This document shows, piece after piece, positions 35,127 to 47,259 of a DNA stretch of 57,814 nucleotides. The notes under the pieces are model-generated. The model was given only the letters and a program-made list of their open reading frames with translations, was not told the DNA's origin and ran no database searches. The DNA comes from Perkinsus olseni (taxonomy: Eukaryota), in contig JABANN010000171.1 in NCBI GenBank assembly GCA_013115125.1, positions 1 through 57,814 on the forward strand, read 5' to 3'. Made by a program: the position numbers and the translations under genes. Every line of letters begins with the position of its first letter. Within the stretch, counting starts at the first letter, position 1.

Positions 35127-36809
35127 TCAACTACAACATTCAAGTGAACTTGTGACATTTCCCCCCTTCGCGTTGTCCCTTGCCGTCGACAGCTCACTGC
35201 TGGCTCCACCGTCGCTGTCTCTGATGGTCTCCAACAGGCTCTTCTCCCCCTCAGTCATGCCGGCTGCCGGTCGCTCTCGAGGTCGGGGTCGGGGACCAGT
35301 TCCCGAGATCACGGAAGAAGCATCACTGCCGCACCCGTCTCGCAGACCGCCGTGGGTGCCCGCGCTCAAAACTCTCCTACTGGGGAGCCTCGGCCGTCCC
35401 GCAATAGGGGAATCTTGAGAGAATACCCCAATGCCACTACCAGAGCGGGTGCTGGCCCGGCTGGCTGGTCCAAGCTTGGCCGCGTAGTTGTAATGGCTGC
35501 CCGAGGCTATGGACGGCGGCTTCTGACTCGGAGTTGTACCCAGGTACGGCTGCTGTTGGTGCGCTGAATGGCCGCCGCTGTGAGAGCTCAAAATGGCGTT
35601 GCCAATATTGCGGAAAATATTAGCATGGCACTTAACACCGCCGTACTGCTGTTGGGCGGCGATGGCGAGGCGGTCACTCAAGGACGAGCCCGTCCCGAGG
35701 AGATAGCGAGCCCTACTGAGTGGACGCGAGGCACCTTCCACACGGCTCGCCGTGGGATCCCGCTTAGGCAGCCGGTAGAGCCCGGAGAGATCGTCGAAGG
35801 TGCTGCTGCCGATCTGCTCTCGAATCAGACGGAGTGCGTCCGAAGCCGTGTTCTGAAGAGCTATACCTGAAGGAAAGATTCCCAAGCGTACCACCCAGGG
35901 ACCACGGGCCGTACCCAAGTCCCTGGTGTCTGCTGCTTCACAGGCGTCCAGGAGCGCAGGGAGAGCATCATCAGTGATCCAGCTGATGAGCACGGAAGCG
36001 AAGAATGGCTTTGGGAGTCTATTGATAGCGCGGAGGGTATCGAGGATGATATGCACGCCACAGAGACGATCCTCAGGTCCGCCGTGGCAAGCCGCATCAC
36101 AAACCTACAGCAAGGAGACGAGAAGAACTGTAGGACGCACGGGAGTACCGTACCAGCACGGCCTAGGGCGTTCTCACCTTAGAGAGGGCGATGGACCACA
36201 ACTTTTCCATCTTATGATTGGGTGCTTGATTCGAAGTGGTTCCCAATGACACTCGATCGAGCAGCGTGGAGAATATCTTTTGAACCTGCACGAGGGTGAG
36301 AGGTAGGTGACGTCACTAGGGCTCACCTTCCTCCAAGTAATAGTAGAGACCCCGGCTGCCTTGATGAGAGCTGGTACAAGCTGACGAGAGGCTAGGTCTA
36401 CAGTGCCGATGATGTCAAGGTCGGGCCAGTGGTCCAGAAGCCACATGACAACCTGACTTCAGTTGGTGGGTACGGTGTTTGATGGACTGCAACCAACCTC
36501 GAGGCTTCCGACCAAGTCCAGCTCGTTGCCGAATGTGTTGAGGTAGGCATTGGAGCGGATGAGGCGAACGGCCATAGCCACCCCGGCCTTCTCGTCAATC
36601 CGAGTGTATCCAGCACGGGTGCCGAAGGAGCCGCTGCCTGCAGGGCGGCAATGGTAAAGGCCTTCTTTCGGGCATGCCCACTTACCAGTGTCCTTGGCCC
36701 TCGAGGCATACTCGAGAGCATCGTGAACCTCACAGCCGGTGCCCTTCCTCAGCACAGTATTGGGGATCCAAAGGGCTCTGTCTGGGGAAGCATCTGAACT
36801 GTTGAGCAT
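35127..36809 (-). CDS. Hypothetical multi-exon protein
   Basis: ORFs 36459-36821, 36174-36446 and 35127-36056 join through GT-AG introns; no family recognised. Confidence 0.6.
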
Positions 36810-37517
36810 GTCGGAAAACAAACCATGCTAAGCGGCTTGGAGTTGGCACGCGCCAATGAGACTTGTCCAAGTCGGATAGGAGGATCCTTCGTCGACCTCG
36901 CTGAGTTTAACCCGATATCTGCCGAGAAGCTCCAGAAATGTGTGGATGCGCTCGGAAAAGTATTTTGAGGCGCGCGACAGAAAATGACAAAAGAAACTCT
37001 ACTGGTGGGGTTCGAACTGGGATCGCGGACTCCGCATGGGTTTCGGGTTTCCTGCCTCTTGCCGCGAGAGAGAGCTCATTCGGGTTGTTTAGGGAACTAG
37101 TTCTAGAATCGATTTCCACTCCTTGAATGCGATTCCAGAATGGATTCTGAAACTCAGAAGTATTCCTTTGAACAACTCCATTGACTCTGAGACCGGGTTC
37201 ACGTTTTGCTCTGTCCGTGGAGCGGGACAGTTAATCGCTGAGGTGTCCTTACCACAACTCAGGTAAATCACGCAATATGATGCTCTTACTGCTGTCTCAC
37301 TCTTCCCTTCTCCGTTCGAGGCTATCCACTCTACGAGGGCTATCTAGCTAGTTGCCCGACCACTGTCGCTCTAGTAGGGACTATTACCGCCACGGTTGTC
37401 TCCAAACGTGTCCTGGGCTCGTAGAGCGTGACGCGCTGTAGACCGTGCTCATCGTTCGCCGCGTAATTCAGCGTCATCGTCATGCAGGGCAGCAACTCCT
37501 TCAGATTTTTTTGTCCC

Positions 37518-39378
37518 ATGCCTCCTAAGACCCGCAAACCGAGTGACGACTCCAGGTTTTTCCTCTCCACCGGCCTGGACAATCATACCACTAACGGTGT
37601 AGGCCAGTCGTAGCCGTGCTTCTCCTGCTGCTGAACTTCCCCTCTCCAGTCCCCCGCTCTAGCACCGTGTAAGGCACAGCTGCATCTCCCCGATGGCCGC
37701 GTGGACGAGTTGCCCATCCTAGAGGTATGGTTCGGTCCAGTGCAAGTGGTGGTTTCCACGTGAAGTTCTCAGGGCACTCATGGCGATCAATTTATCGACA
37801 TCCGCAACCTCAGCGCTCACACCGGCATGTTCGCCTTCGACCCGGGTTTTTCCTGCACAGCCTCGTGCTCCAGTGCTATCACCTACATAGACGGTCCCAA
37901 AGGTATTTTGCCAAAAGCCAGCATCGAGGTTGGATACTCTCCTGTGTTGCCAGGTATACTGCTGTACCGAGGGTATCGCGCCGCGGATTTGGCTGAGCAC
38001 TCTGACTTTTGTGAGGTCTGCTTCCTACTGCTGAACGGCAATTTACCTACACGTTCTCAGTATAAGAAGTGAGCCTCGTCGTTGTCTCGTTCCCCTTCTC
38101 ATCTTGACCATTTCTTACTCAGATTCGACGCTTCTATGAAAGGGCATATGATGGTGCACGAGAAGTTCAAGGAGTTTTACGGCGGATTTCAGGTAGTGAA
38201 GATTAGACTCGGCTATCCTCAGCCTAAAGAAGCCTTTTCAGTCCTCGGCTCATCCTATGGCTATCATGGTGGCAGTAGTGGGAGCGATGTCCGCCTTCTA
38301 CCACGATAAACTGGACTGGAGGAACCCCGCCCATCGGGACATGGTGGCGCTCCGCATCGTTGGCAAGATGCCAACTCTAGCGGCTATGGCATACAAGACA
38401 GCTATTGGACAGCCCATAGTTTACCCTAAGAAGAAGTACACAGTGGCTGAGAACTTCCTCCACATGATGTTCTCAACTCCTATGGAAGAGTAGGTTGTTG
38501 ACTTAGCCTTGGGGTGCGCGCTGGCCACGGTTAGCGCAGGTACGAGGTCAATCCTGTCTTCGCTAAGGCAATCGACAAGTTCCTGATCTTGCATGCCGAT
38601 CACGAGCAGAATGCCTCTACGGCTACGGTAATAGCGCAGTGGTACAGCGTTCGGGCTTTTGGGGCAGCATTTTAATCCTGCGCAGGTTCGAATCGCGGGG
38701 TCGTCACAAGCCAATCCCTATGCATGCGTCGCGGCAGGCATTGCTTCTCTCTGGGGACCTGCCCACGGTGGAGCGAACGAGGCCGTTATTGATATGCTGG
38801 ATAAGATTGGCATAATCGAGAACATCCCTCAATTCCTCGCGGACGTGAAGGCAAAGAAGGACGGTGTTCGACTCATGGGCTTCGGCCACCGCGTGTACAA
38901 GAACTTCGACCCTCGTGCCACCTACATGAAGAAGCTTACTGGCGAAGTACTAGAGGCCTGCGGTTATCGTGACGACCCTCAGCTGATGCTGGCGGTAGCT
39001 CTGGAAGAGGCAGCTCTGAATGACCCTTACTTCACAGCGAGGAAGCTGTATCCTAACGTTGATTTTTATTCTGGTATAATGCTGAGGGCCATCGGATTCC
39101 CAGTGAGTATGTACACGGTGCTGTTCGCCATGGCCCGATCTATAGGGTGGATCACCCAGTGGAGGGAGATGATTTCTGAAGGTCAGCTCAGAATAGGAAG
39201 ACCGCGGCAGATCTATGTTGGCAGTCGGATGAGGGAGTACATGCCTGACAAGGAAGACCCGGACCACCCTGACTCGGCTAGCGAGGCATCCCTCGAAGGA
39301 GAGGTGGCCTTTGATATTGACAAGTACGTAGAGTTGAAAACTTTTGGAGAATTTACCAGCCCTCGGGAAAGGCGTTGA
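37518..39378 (+). CDS. Citrate synthase, bacterial GltA (type II)-like, multi-exon
   Basis: [74 protein letters not shown]. Confidence 0.95.
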
Positions 39379-39825
39379 CAGCCGTCACTCGGCGATTTTT
39401 CTTTTTTCTGGTCACAGTGACAGTGGGACTTTGACAAGCAGGAGTACCACGGCGACCGGTCCATTTTCCTTTTTATAGTACCTTTTCACGTTGCTCTTTG
39501 AGTTGCGTGTGGCAGGAGAACGCCGCTCGCCGCCGCGCGTGAATTTTACTCGGGTCAATAAAAGACCATTTTTCGCTGGTAAACTCAGTCAGAGCCGTAC
39601 AGGGCTCCTCGCTTTGTTATTTCGCCTTAGTTATTAATCCTCAGATTGAATGAGATCATCTACGAGTCGAGTTGGTAAGGCAAGAGCGACTCCCGCTCAG
39701 GGCTTACATGCTGCTGTGAATGGCACTTTGATCGTTTCTACCCATTGCTGTTGCGTGGGAGGCTTTCAATCAGCGACACTGACGCGCGAATGGAGCCCCA
39801 CCGAGTAGTTGTGCGTCTTGTCGTT

Positions 39826-41893
39826 ATGCCGACTTCGGAGGGTGGCTCCCCATCTCAATCTCCACGGCCTCAGCCGCGTGAAGAAGATCGAATCGAGACT
39901 CCTCCCGAGGAGAAGGAAGACCGCGAGGAGCGTCGTCGTGATGTAGAAGGCGATGGCGAGGGACGTCGTCGTGATGTAGAAGGCGATCGTGAGGAGCGTC
40001 GTCGCAGCGAGGAAGGCCGTCGTGAGGAGCGTCGTCGTAGCGAGGAAGATGATCATGCGGAACATCATCGTCGCGAGGGCGGTCGTGAAGAGCGTCGTCG
40101 CGAGGAAGATGAAGATCGTGAAGTGCGGCGTCGTGAGAGGGAGGACGATCGTGAGATACGACGTCGTGATGCAGAAGGAGATGATCATGAGCGGCGTCGT
40201 GATAGAGATGATGATCGTGAGATCCGCCGTCGTGATGTCGAGGGTGATCGCCATCACCAACAGCCCCGGCATCGTCGAAGAGGCTCTGCTAGTCGCTCCC
40301 GGTCGCGTAGTCGTCCGAGGCGTTCGAGGAGGGAAAGTAGTCGGTCGCCTCCGCCCTCTCACGGTCGTCGGACAAGGCGGTCCAAGGATGAAGAGGAGTA
40401 TCTTAGGTCGCAGAAGAGGGGTAAAGAGGAGGATTCCCGAAGGGAGCATCAGCATCAGAGTCGGTCCCGAGCCTCGCGAACAGTGCTGATAGCACAATTG
40501 GGGATGGACGTTACGGACCGTACGGTGTATCTGATTATGAGCAAGATGGCTGGCAAGGTGAGGGACGTCCAGATCATCAGAGATGGCCGCTCCCAGAGGT
40601 CCAAGGGCATCGCTTACGTAGAATTCGAGGAGCAGGAAAGCGCTATGAAGGCCCTGGGGATAGAGCCCACCTCCTTGTGGACGAAATTGGGGCATGGGGC
40701 GAATATCCAGCCGAGCCAGGCTGAGAAGAATCTCAACTCGACCCAGGCAGTTATCAACCCGTCTGGTGAGAGAGTGAACGAGTGCCGGTAGGACGTCCTG
40801 TGGCATCGGACTGCCCGTTCATCTGCCCCACTCAGACTGTATGTTGGTGGAAGCGCTAATCTCGTGGCCGATCTCAGCGAGGATGACCTACGAGCTCTCT
40901 TCCAGCCTTTCGGTAGTACCGTTGAATTTTTCATTGCCTGGGAGGGTGTGGTGCAGGTCCACTTGACTTCGTCGATCGCCACCCTCGGAACCAGGGTGAA
41001 GGTGGTACCTACGCCTTCGTCCAGTACGGCGACCCGGACCATGCAAGGAGCGCCCTTAAGGGCCTCAGTGGTAGGAGTTCCCCTGCACGAGGCTTTTCGG
41101 TGATGCAACCTCATCAGGGATGATGATTGGAGGCAAGGAGTTGAAGGTGGGCATGGCGACGTCGGCAGCGACAGCAGGAGTCACGTAATGGGGAGGGGGC
41201 CGTGAGGTGGACGAGCAGCTGTTGGTGGGCATCAGGTCCTCGGCGGTCATGGGACCTAACACCGATCTGGATTTGGTCGAGGATAACGACGAGGGCCCTT
41301 CCACGCATACCGGTTTGCTCAAAGACAATCTCTCTCGAGCCCGGCTCATGCGTGCCATGGTCCGAGAGCCTATCACAGAGGGCAGCTCCCTCTTGATGAA
41401 GTCGGCTACGAGGCTCCCGGCATCCAACTTGGCTTCTGCAGCCTCGGGGGCTGCTACTGGTACAGGTAGTCGAGTGCTGATACTACGGAATCTTTGGGCT
41501 GCGGGGGACCAGCTGATGCATGAGGGGGGCCCGGAGAAGTTCTTCAAGGAGATCACAGACGATGTCAAGTAAGGCGGGTGGGTGTGCTTGAGGTTGCGCA
41601 TTCATGCCTGTCCGTCGCCAGATCCGAGGCGAACCGCTTCGGCACGATAGTCGGGTGCTGGCTTGACGAGGCCTCGGAGAATGGAGATTGCTGGTTGAAG
41701 TTCACGACCGGATCAGCAGCCGCTAAGTGCGCCCTAGGCCTCAATAGACGATGGTTTGCAGGGAGACAGCTGGTAGGAACTGGGCAGTAGAACGACTCCC
41801 ATTGAGTTCTCTAGGCCTCCGCTGGAGCACTTTGACTGCGCAGATATCCGTTCGTCCCCGCTATCATGCATTCAGTGGGGCCTTAATTGATTG
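39826..41893 (+). CDS. RBM39/CAPER-like splicing factor (RE/RS-rich N-terminus, two RRMs, UHM)
   Basis: RS/RD/RE repeats; RTVLIAQL...GKVRDVQIIRDGRSQRSKGIAYVEF; RLYVGG...LRALFQPFG; VLILRNL...LNRRWFAGRQL. Confidence 0.88.
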
Positions 41894-42491
41894 AGCCCAC
41901 AGAGGCGCTTTTCTTGTCGTTTCCAATGCGGCCAGTGAATTCGACACCGCTCGGCTCGGGTTGCTTCTTTCTGCAGTAGAGAGCATCACGTCTTCTCTGC
42001 TCCTCTTTTAAGGACTGTCATCGTTCTACGGTCGCCGCAGTTGTACTTTTCGTCAGGTGGCTGTCGTGGTATCGGAAGACAAGTGGGACACAGGCCTCTG
42101 AGATTCATGGGGGCTACAACGATTATCGGACTCGTCAAACTACACTGTATAAAATATCATCTCGGCGGGCTTTGTGGCTTGCGTATCAGGGAAGGTCTGT
42201 TCGCCGCTCGATACAGACTCGCCCTTTCAGTCTTCCATGAAGGATCAATTCTTTCCATGCCTCCTCGTCATCCCTGAAGGGCCTCGTGTCAGCAGCCCCC
42301 ATCTTGAGGAGAGTGCCAAGCTGAAGCCCCCTGTTGATCGTTATTAAAGCCGGAGAGTTTGTGCTAGTGGTCAATTCGCCTGCCGGGGTGCTTCTTTGGT
42401 CCATAGGAATCGAGATGAATTGCCGTCTGTTATACAAGGTAGTACTGGACTAGGGCGTTATCTTAGCGGCTTCTTTTCGAGCCTCCCTCTG

Positions 42492-43499
42492 ATGTCACCG
42501 CCTGGCTCTCCGATGTCGGTTGTGATGGGCTCACCTTTATTAGAAGCCACATACTCACGCTTCCGGGATGGAGACGAAATCATGGAGCGTTCCATCAGCG
42601 GAGGCAAAAGGCTGCGTGGCTTCTTCGAGGCTGAGGCGAGACCAGCGAAAATGGTAAGAAGACTTGGACTCGAGGAGGAGAGAGCGGCGAGGAAAAGAAA
42701 GCGGACTGATGGGGATAGTAGGGGCCCGGTATTGTCTCCGATGGTCAGGAGGCGCCTGGGTTCGCCCATGGGGAAGAGGAGCGCCGCTGGTGGTGATGAT
42801 AACGAGTCATCGAGGAAACACAGGCGCGTGGACCTCGGCCTGATGGAGAATGATGGTCCGAGTCGCAGTGGTGATCATGGGAAGCGGCAAGGAGTGAAGT
42901 CGCCGTTGATGGTGGAGTTGGAGAGGATAGAGAGGTTGCCTAGGTCGGCTACTCCAATGCAAGTACTCGGCCTACCGAGACTACCGAGTAATGTTGGGGA
43001 GGTGAAGAAGAAGCTCCGAGCACTTAGTAAAGTAGTGCACCCCGATAAGACCGCCAATGAGAAGCATCTGAGGGGTAGGGCTGGGGCTGCCTTCCAACGG
43101 ATAAACTCCGCAGCACAGGAGGCTATAAAACTCCTTGAAGAGGCCACCACAGCCCCACCGGGAAGAGTTCAAGAGTTGACTTATCGAATGGAAGGGGAGG
43201 TATTGGTGGTCCAATGGCGGCCACCGGCTGATGTCAATAAGAGGACGGTGAGCTCTTATCGAGTGGTTGCCTCTGCCCCCGGTACCGCTCCAATCGAGCA
43301 AGGTGTTGTTAATGCCCAAGGATCTACTACTGATGATGGCTGGGTGGAATGTGCTATATCCTCCCAAGGGCGGAGGGGTAATGATACCCTATTCTTAAGA
43401 CAACAGTTTCAAGTAACGGTTAATGCAACCAATCCCAGTGGTCATGGACCCGCTGCCCTACTGCATGTATCCCTCAATCCAAGGCCGCCCCGTATGTGA
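42492..43499 (+). CDS. J-domain protein with FN3-like C-terminus, intronless, paralog 1
   Basis: QVLGL...VKKKLRALSKVVHPDK...AFQRINSA; APPGRV...VVQWRPP...SYRV...FQVTVNATNPSGHG. Confidence 0.85.
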   Translation: MSPPGSPMSVVMGSPLLEATYSRFRDGDEIMERSISGGKRLRGFFEAEARPAKMVRRLGLEEERAARKRKRTDGDSRGPVLSPMVRRRLGSPMGKRSAAGGDDNESSRKHRRVDLGLMENDGPSRSGDHGKRQGVKSPLMVELERIERLPRSATPMQVLGLPRLPSNVGEVKKKLRALSKVVHPDKTANEKHLRGRAGAAFQRINSAAQEAIKLLEEATTAPPGRVQELTYRMEGEVLVVQWRPPADVNKRTVSSYRVVASAPGTAPIEQGVVNAQGSTTDDGWVECAISSQGRRGNDTLFLRQQFQVTVNATNPSGHGPAALLHVSLNPRPPRM

Positions 43500-46400
43500 G
43501 GATGTACTACTCAATGAGCAGACACTACCAAGCCAAGGCGGACACGACTCCCCTTCCCATTCGCCTCACCAGCCGGACTGGAGGATACCACGGAGAGGTA
43601 GGCTCGTCTCCTTCATACCGTTTTAGCGTGTTCCCTTGTCTCTTGGTGGCGGGCCAAGGCCCGAGTACTTCAAGACACGCGAATGTATGCTGCTTCCACG
43701 CGGATCCTCTCGTTGTGTTCAATGGAATCGCCGCTACCTCTTAGTCTCTATTTCTATCCATGCCCATATTCGGCCGTCCCTCGAGAAGGTCTCAAACTCC
43801 GAGAAGGCTCGTCGTCGGTGATGGCAGAACTGGTGCCTCGAGGCAGCAGCAGCAGCAAGGAATGCTAGAGCCGTTCCCTGCGAAGGTTTACCACCCGCCA
43901 TCGGAGGTAATCTAGGACGGCTCAGCTGTTTCGCAGCGTGTGTTTTCTGTAGTCGGAGGAGGAGCGTGAGGGAAGGCAGCCGTCCTCCTCGGCGGAATCC
44001 ATCTCCCCAATATCCGACAAGACAGATGGCGTCTATCGCAGAAGAACTACTGTTGACAACGCCATCCATATGAGCGTCCCGCTGCACTACAACAGTATGC
44101 CTTGGACGCCGGAAAGGCCGCCTAATGCCGACGTCAAGCCCTTCCCGCAGTCAAAGGACCACTGGCGGACCCCTGGTAGCTCTGAGTGGATTCACTTCCG
44201 TCCCTCCCTGGGGTGCTGTGTTCAGCCACTACCGCTTCGAGCCCTAGTGGCGTGGCTCTGATCTCTAGTGCTAGTATGGCCTATGAGACCCGTATGGAGG
44301 TGATACCAGGCTGCTGCAAGGCTGTGGTGGGGAGGTTGAGGTGCAGGTCATGGACCCCCGACAATCTCGGCTCTCTCCCTTGGGCGTCATAAGACCACCG
44401 TTTCCAGCCCTGCAGCGAGAGAGCTTCCGTCGTTTGCCGACGGGGGAGTCCTCCTATAGCCCTCTGGGCTACGACACTCAGGACGAGTCACAGGACTATA
44501 GCCCAGCCAATGTGGACCCCCAGTGGATTCCCTTGGGGGCCGCCGTCGCCAGCGGCCATCTCCCACCTCCAGACGATGTAGTGGAGAGCAGGTAGGCCAG
44601 CATCCTGCAGCAGACGCTGCTCTGTGGGATACCAGCACAGTTACCGAAGACCCGTTTCCGTCATGGACCGGGCCTGTCAGACGGAAGAGGTGGAAGCACA
44701 ACATCTCTGCTGCCGTCGACTCACTCGCGACAGCTGGGTCCAGACGACGCCCGTGGAGCCCACGGTGCCAGCGCCTTCAGTCAGGGGACCACTGTCGCCG
44801 GCAGCCAGCCCTATAGAACCTCGTCAGGGTCGGGTGATCAGGTAGAACTCCTGCCGTCCTCGCCTTGCCATTGTCGGTCAGGATAACCAACACGTTCCGT
44901 CGAGGTGACACTAGGATTTACAGGAGCACTCCCTTGCCCCCGTCGATGCCTAGGGCCGACCCTGGGAGGTAGACCCAGCGAAGTTGTTGCAGTGGGCATT
45001 CGATCCCTGCTGTGCCGTATCAGAACGAGAGTCGTCCGCCTATCATCTCCTCCAACACGGATGGTGAATCCTCCTCCGCCTTTGGTGCCTCCCAGAACGC
45101 CACTCGGTCATGCTGCCAACACCTTCTGGTCCTCCACACCTTTGTCGACACCCCTGCCGAGGGGTAGGGGGTCCTCTGTCCGCCTGCCAGCAGGCCCTCC
45201 TCTCGGGCACTCCCACCTGATGCTCTCGCAGCATGTCTACCGCCCTACCTGACTAACACTCTCCTCCCAGTATAAAGTTTGAAGTTGGCGATAGTCCCGT
45301 CTTGAAAGCGGGTCTAGTTCCTTGGCTCTATGGGTATCATCCGGAAGCACCTCCCATGACACTGCATGCATCAGTATTCCTCCCGCTTTGTGCTGCTACC
45401 GCATTATGAAGTTCCATTTCTTTGTAGCTTGGCAAGGGATTGTTGGGTTGGCACTTCCCGATGGACGGGCCCCGCCATTCACCCCTTCAGTCCTCTCGTC
45501 ATCAGTCATTCTGGGAACCATCATTCTGGTTCTGGATAAGGATCCATGGGCCTCGTAGTGTATTGGGGTCGCAGTTTGTTCTCGCTACTCCCTTATGGGT
45601 TTGTTGTTTCTCAGTGTTGAAGCGGCGCTTGCTGCTGCTATGTCCAGTCATGCTCGCCGTAGTTCGGGGAGGCAGACACCGGTCCCGATGGACATCAGCC
45701 CCCCTCCTACCCGACGAAAGAGCGCACGCCTCTCTCCCTTACACCATAACACCTCCACCACTCTGCTGCAGATTCCTCGCCTCAAAGGCCTCAGCCGCTG
45801 CCATAGCCAACCCGTTATCCCTAGTGTAGGGCGACTAGTGCTGAAGCCGGCGAAGAGGAGGAGGGATTCGGTGGAAGATCGACAACAACAGCAGGAGCCA
45901 GGGTCAGCATCCGGGCCCCGGCCCAGGAAGCTCAGGAGGTCGGTTGTCTTGAAGACTCGCCGCAATCCAGTTAAAGTGGCTGCTAGTACCTCTGGGAAGA
46001 AGCGCGGCCGCAAGTCGATGGGAGCTCAGGACACGAGGACCCCGGTGGGCTCGCCGGCGGTAAGACGAAGACTGCTGCCTTCCACTAGTGGCAAGAGATC
46101 ACGTCGAGGCAGCCTGGCGCCGCAGCCAACTCCTGAGGTGTCTCCAAAGGCCAGGCGGCGGGTCCCGCCCACCTCTTCAGGGCGGAAGAGGTCTTTGAAG
46201 GGGAGCGACCTGCCCAAACCTTCTCCGTCTGCCTCGCCACCGTCAAGGAGGAGGCTCGTCCCTCCTACTGCTGGTAAAAGGTCGCTGAAAGGGAGCGGCT
46301 CTCAACAACGACTTTCGTCGCCTAGGAAGAGGCGCAAGTCCGGTCCGGGGCCTGAGAGGAAGCCCTCCCCACCCCCTGCTGGCAGCGGTGCTCGAGGATC

Positions 46401-47259
46401 CACGGGCGGCAGTATAGCTAGGATGACCATCAAGATGCTGAAGGAGGAGCTGACTAAGGAGGGGATTGACTTCTCTCGATGTGTCGAGAAGTCGGAGTTG
46501 GTTGAGAAGTTGAAGCAAGCTCGGCAGGCCGGCGCTTCTCGACGGAAACAGGCCTCTGCTCGAGGCTCCCCAGCTGCCCCTAAGGCTCAGGAGCTCCGTC
46601 CCCCTCGTCGGTCGCTGAGGCTCAGTCAGGCGGCGGCGGCGCTGTCACAACCGAAAGCGGTGTTGAAGTCACCGTTGATGGTGGAGTTGGAGAGGATAGA
46701 GAGGTTGCCTAGGTCTGCTACTCCCATGCAAGTACTCGGCCTACCAAGACTACCGAGTAATGTTGGGGAGGTGAAGAAGAAGCTCCGAGCACTTAGTAAA
46801 GTAGTGCACCCCGATAAGACCGCCAACGAGAAGCATCTGAGGGGTAGGGCTGGGGCTGCCTTCCAACGGATAAACTCTGCGGCACAGGAGGCAATTAAGC
46901 TCCTTGAGGAGGCCACCACAGCCCCACCGGGAAGAGTTCGAGAGTTGACTTATCGAATGGAAGGGGAGGTATTGGTAGTCCAATGGCGGCCACCGACTGA
47001 TGTCAATAAGAGGACGGTGAGCTCTTATCGAGTGGTTGCCTCTGCCCCCGGTACCACTCCAATCGAGCAAGGTATTGTTAATGCCCAGGGATCTACTACT
47101 GATGATGGCTGGGTGGAGTGTGCTATATCCTCTCAAGGGCGGAGGGGTAATGATACCTTATTCTTAAGACAACAGTTTCAAGTAACGGTTAATGCAACCA
47201 ATCCCAGTGGTCAAGGACCCACTGCCCTACTGCATGTATCCCTCAATCGAGGGCCGCCC
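42895..47259 (+). repeat. Near-identical ~596-bp direct repeat, 42895-43490 and 46664-47259
   Basis: Ungapped nucleotide match with scattered substitutions. Confidence 0.95.
44097..45252 (+). CDS. Possible hypothetical multi-exon proline-rich protein
   Basis: Several short ORFs with plausible splice signals; no homology recognised. Confidence 0.3.

Noticed and set aside
39766-40806. 346-aa antisense ORF and 166-aa alternate-frame ORF
   Set aside because: Shadows of the repetitive RE/RS coding region of the RBM39-like gene
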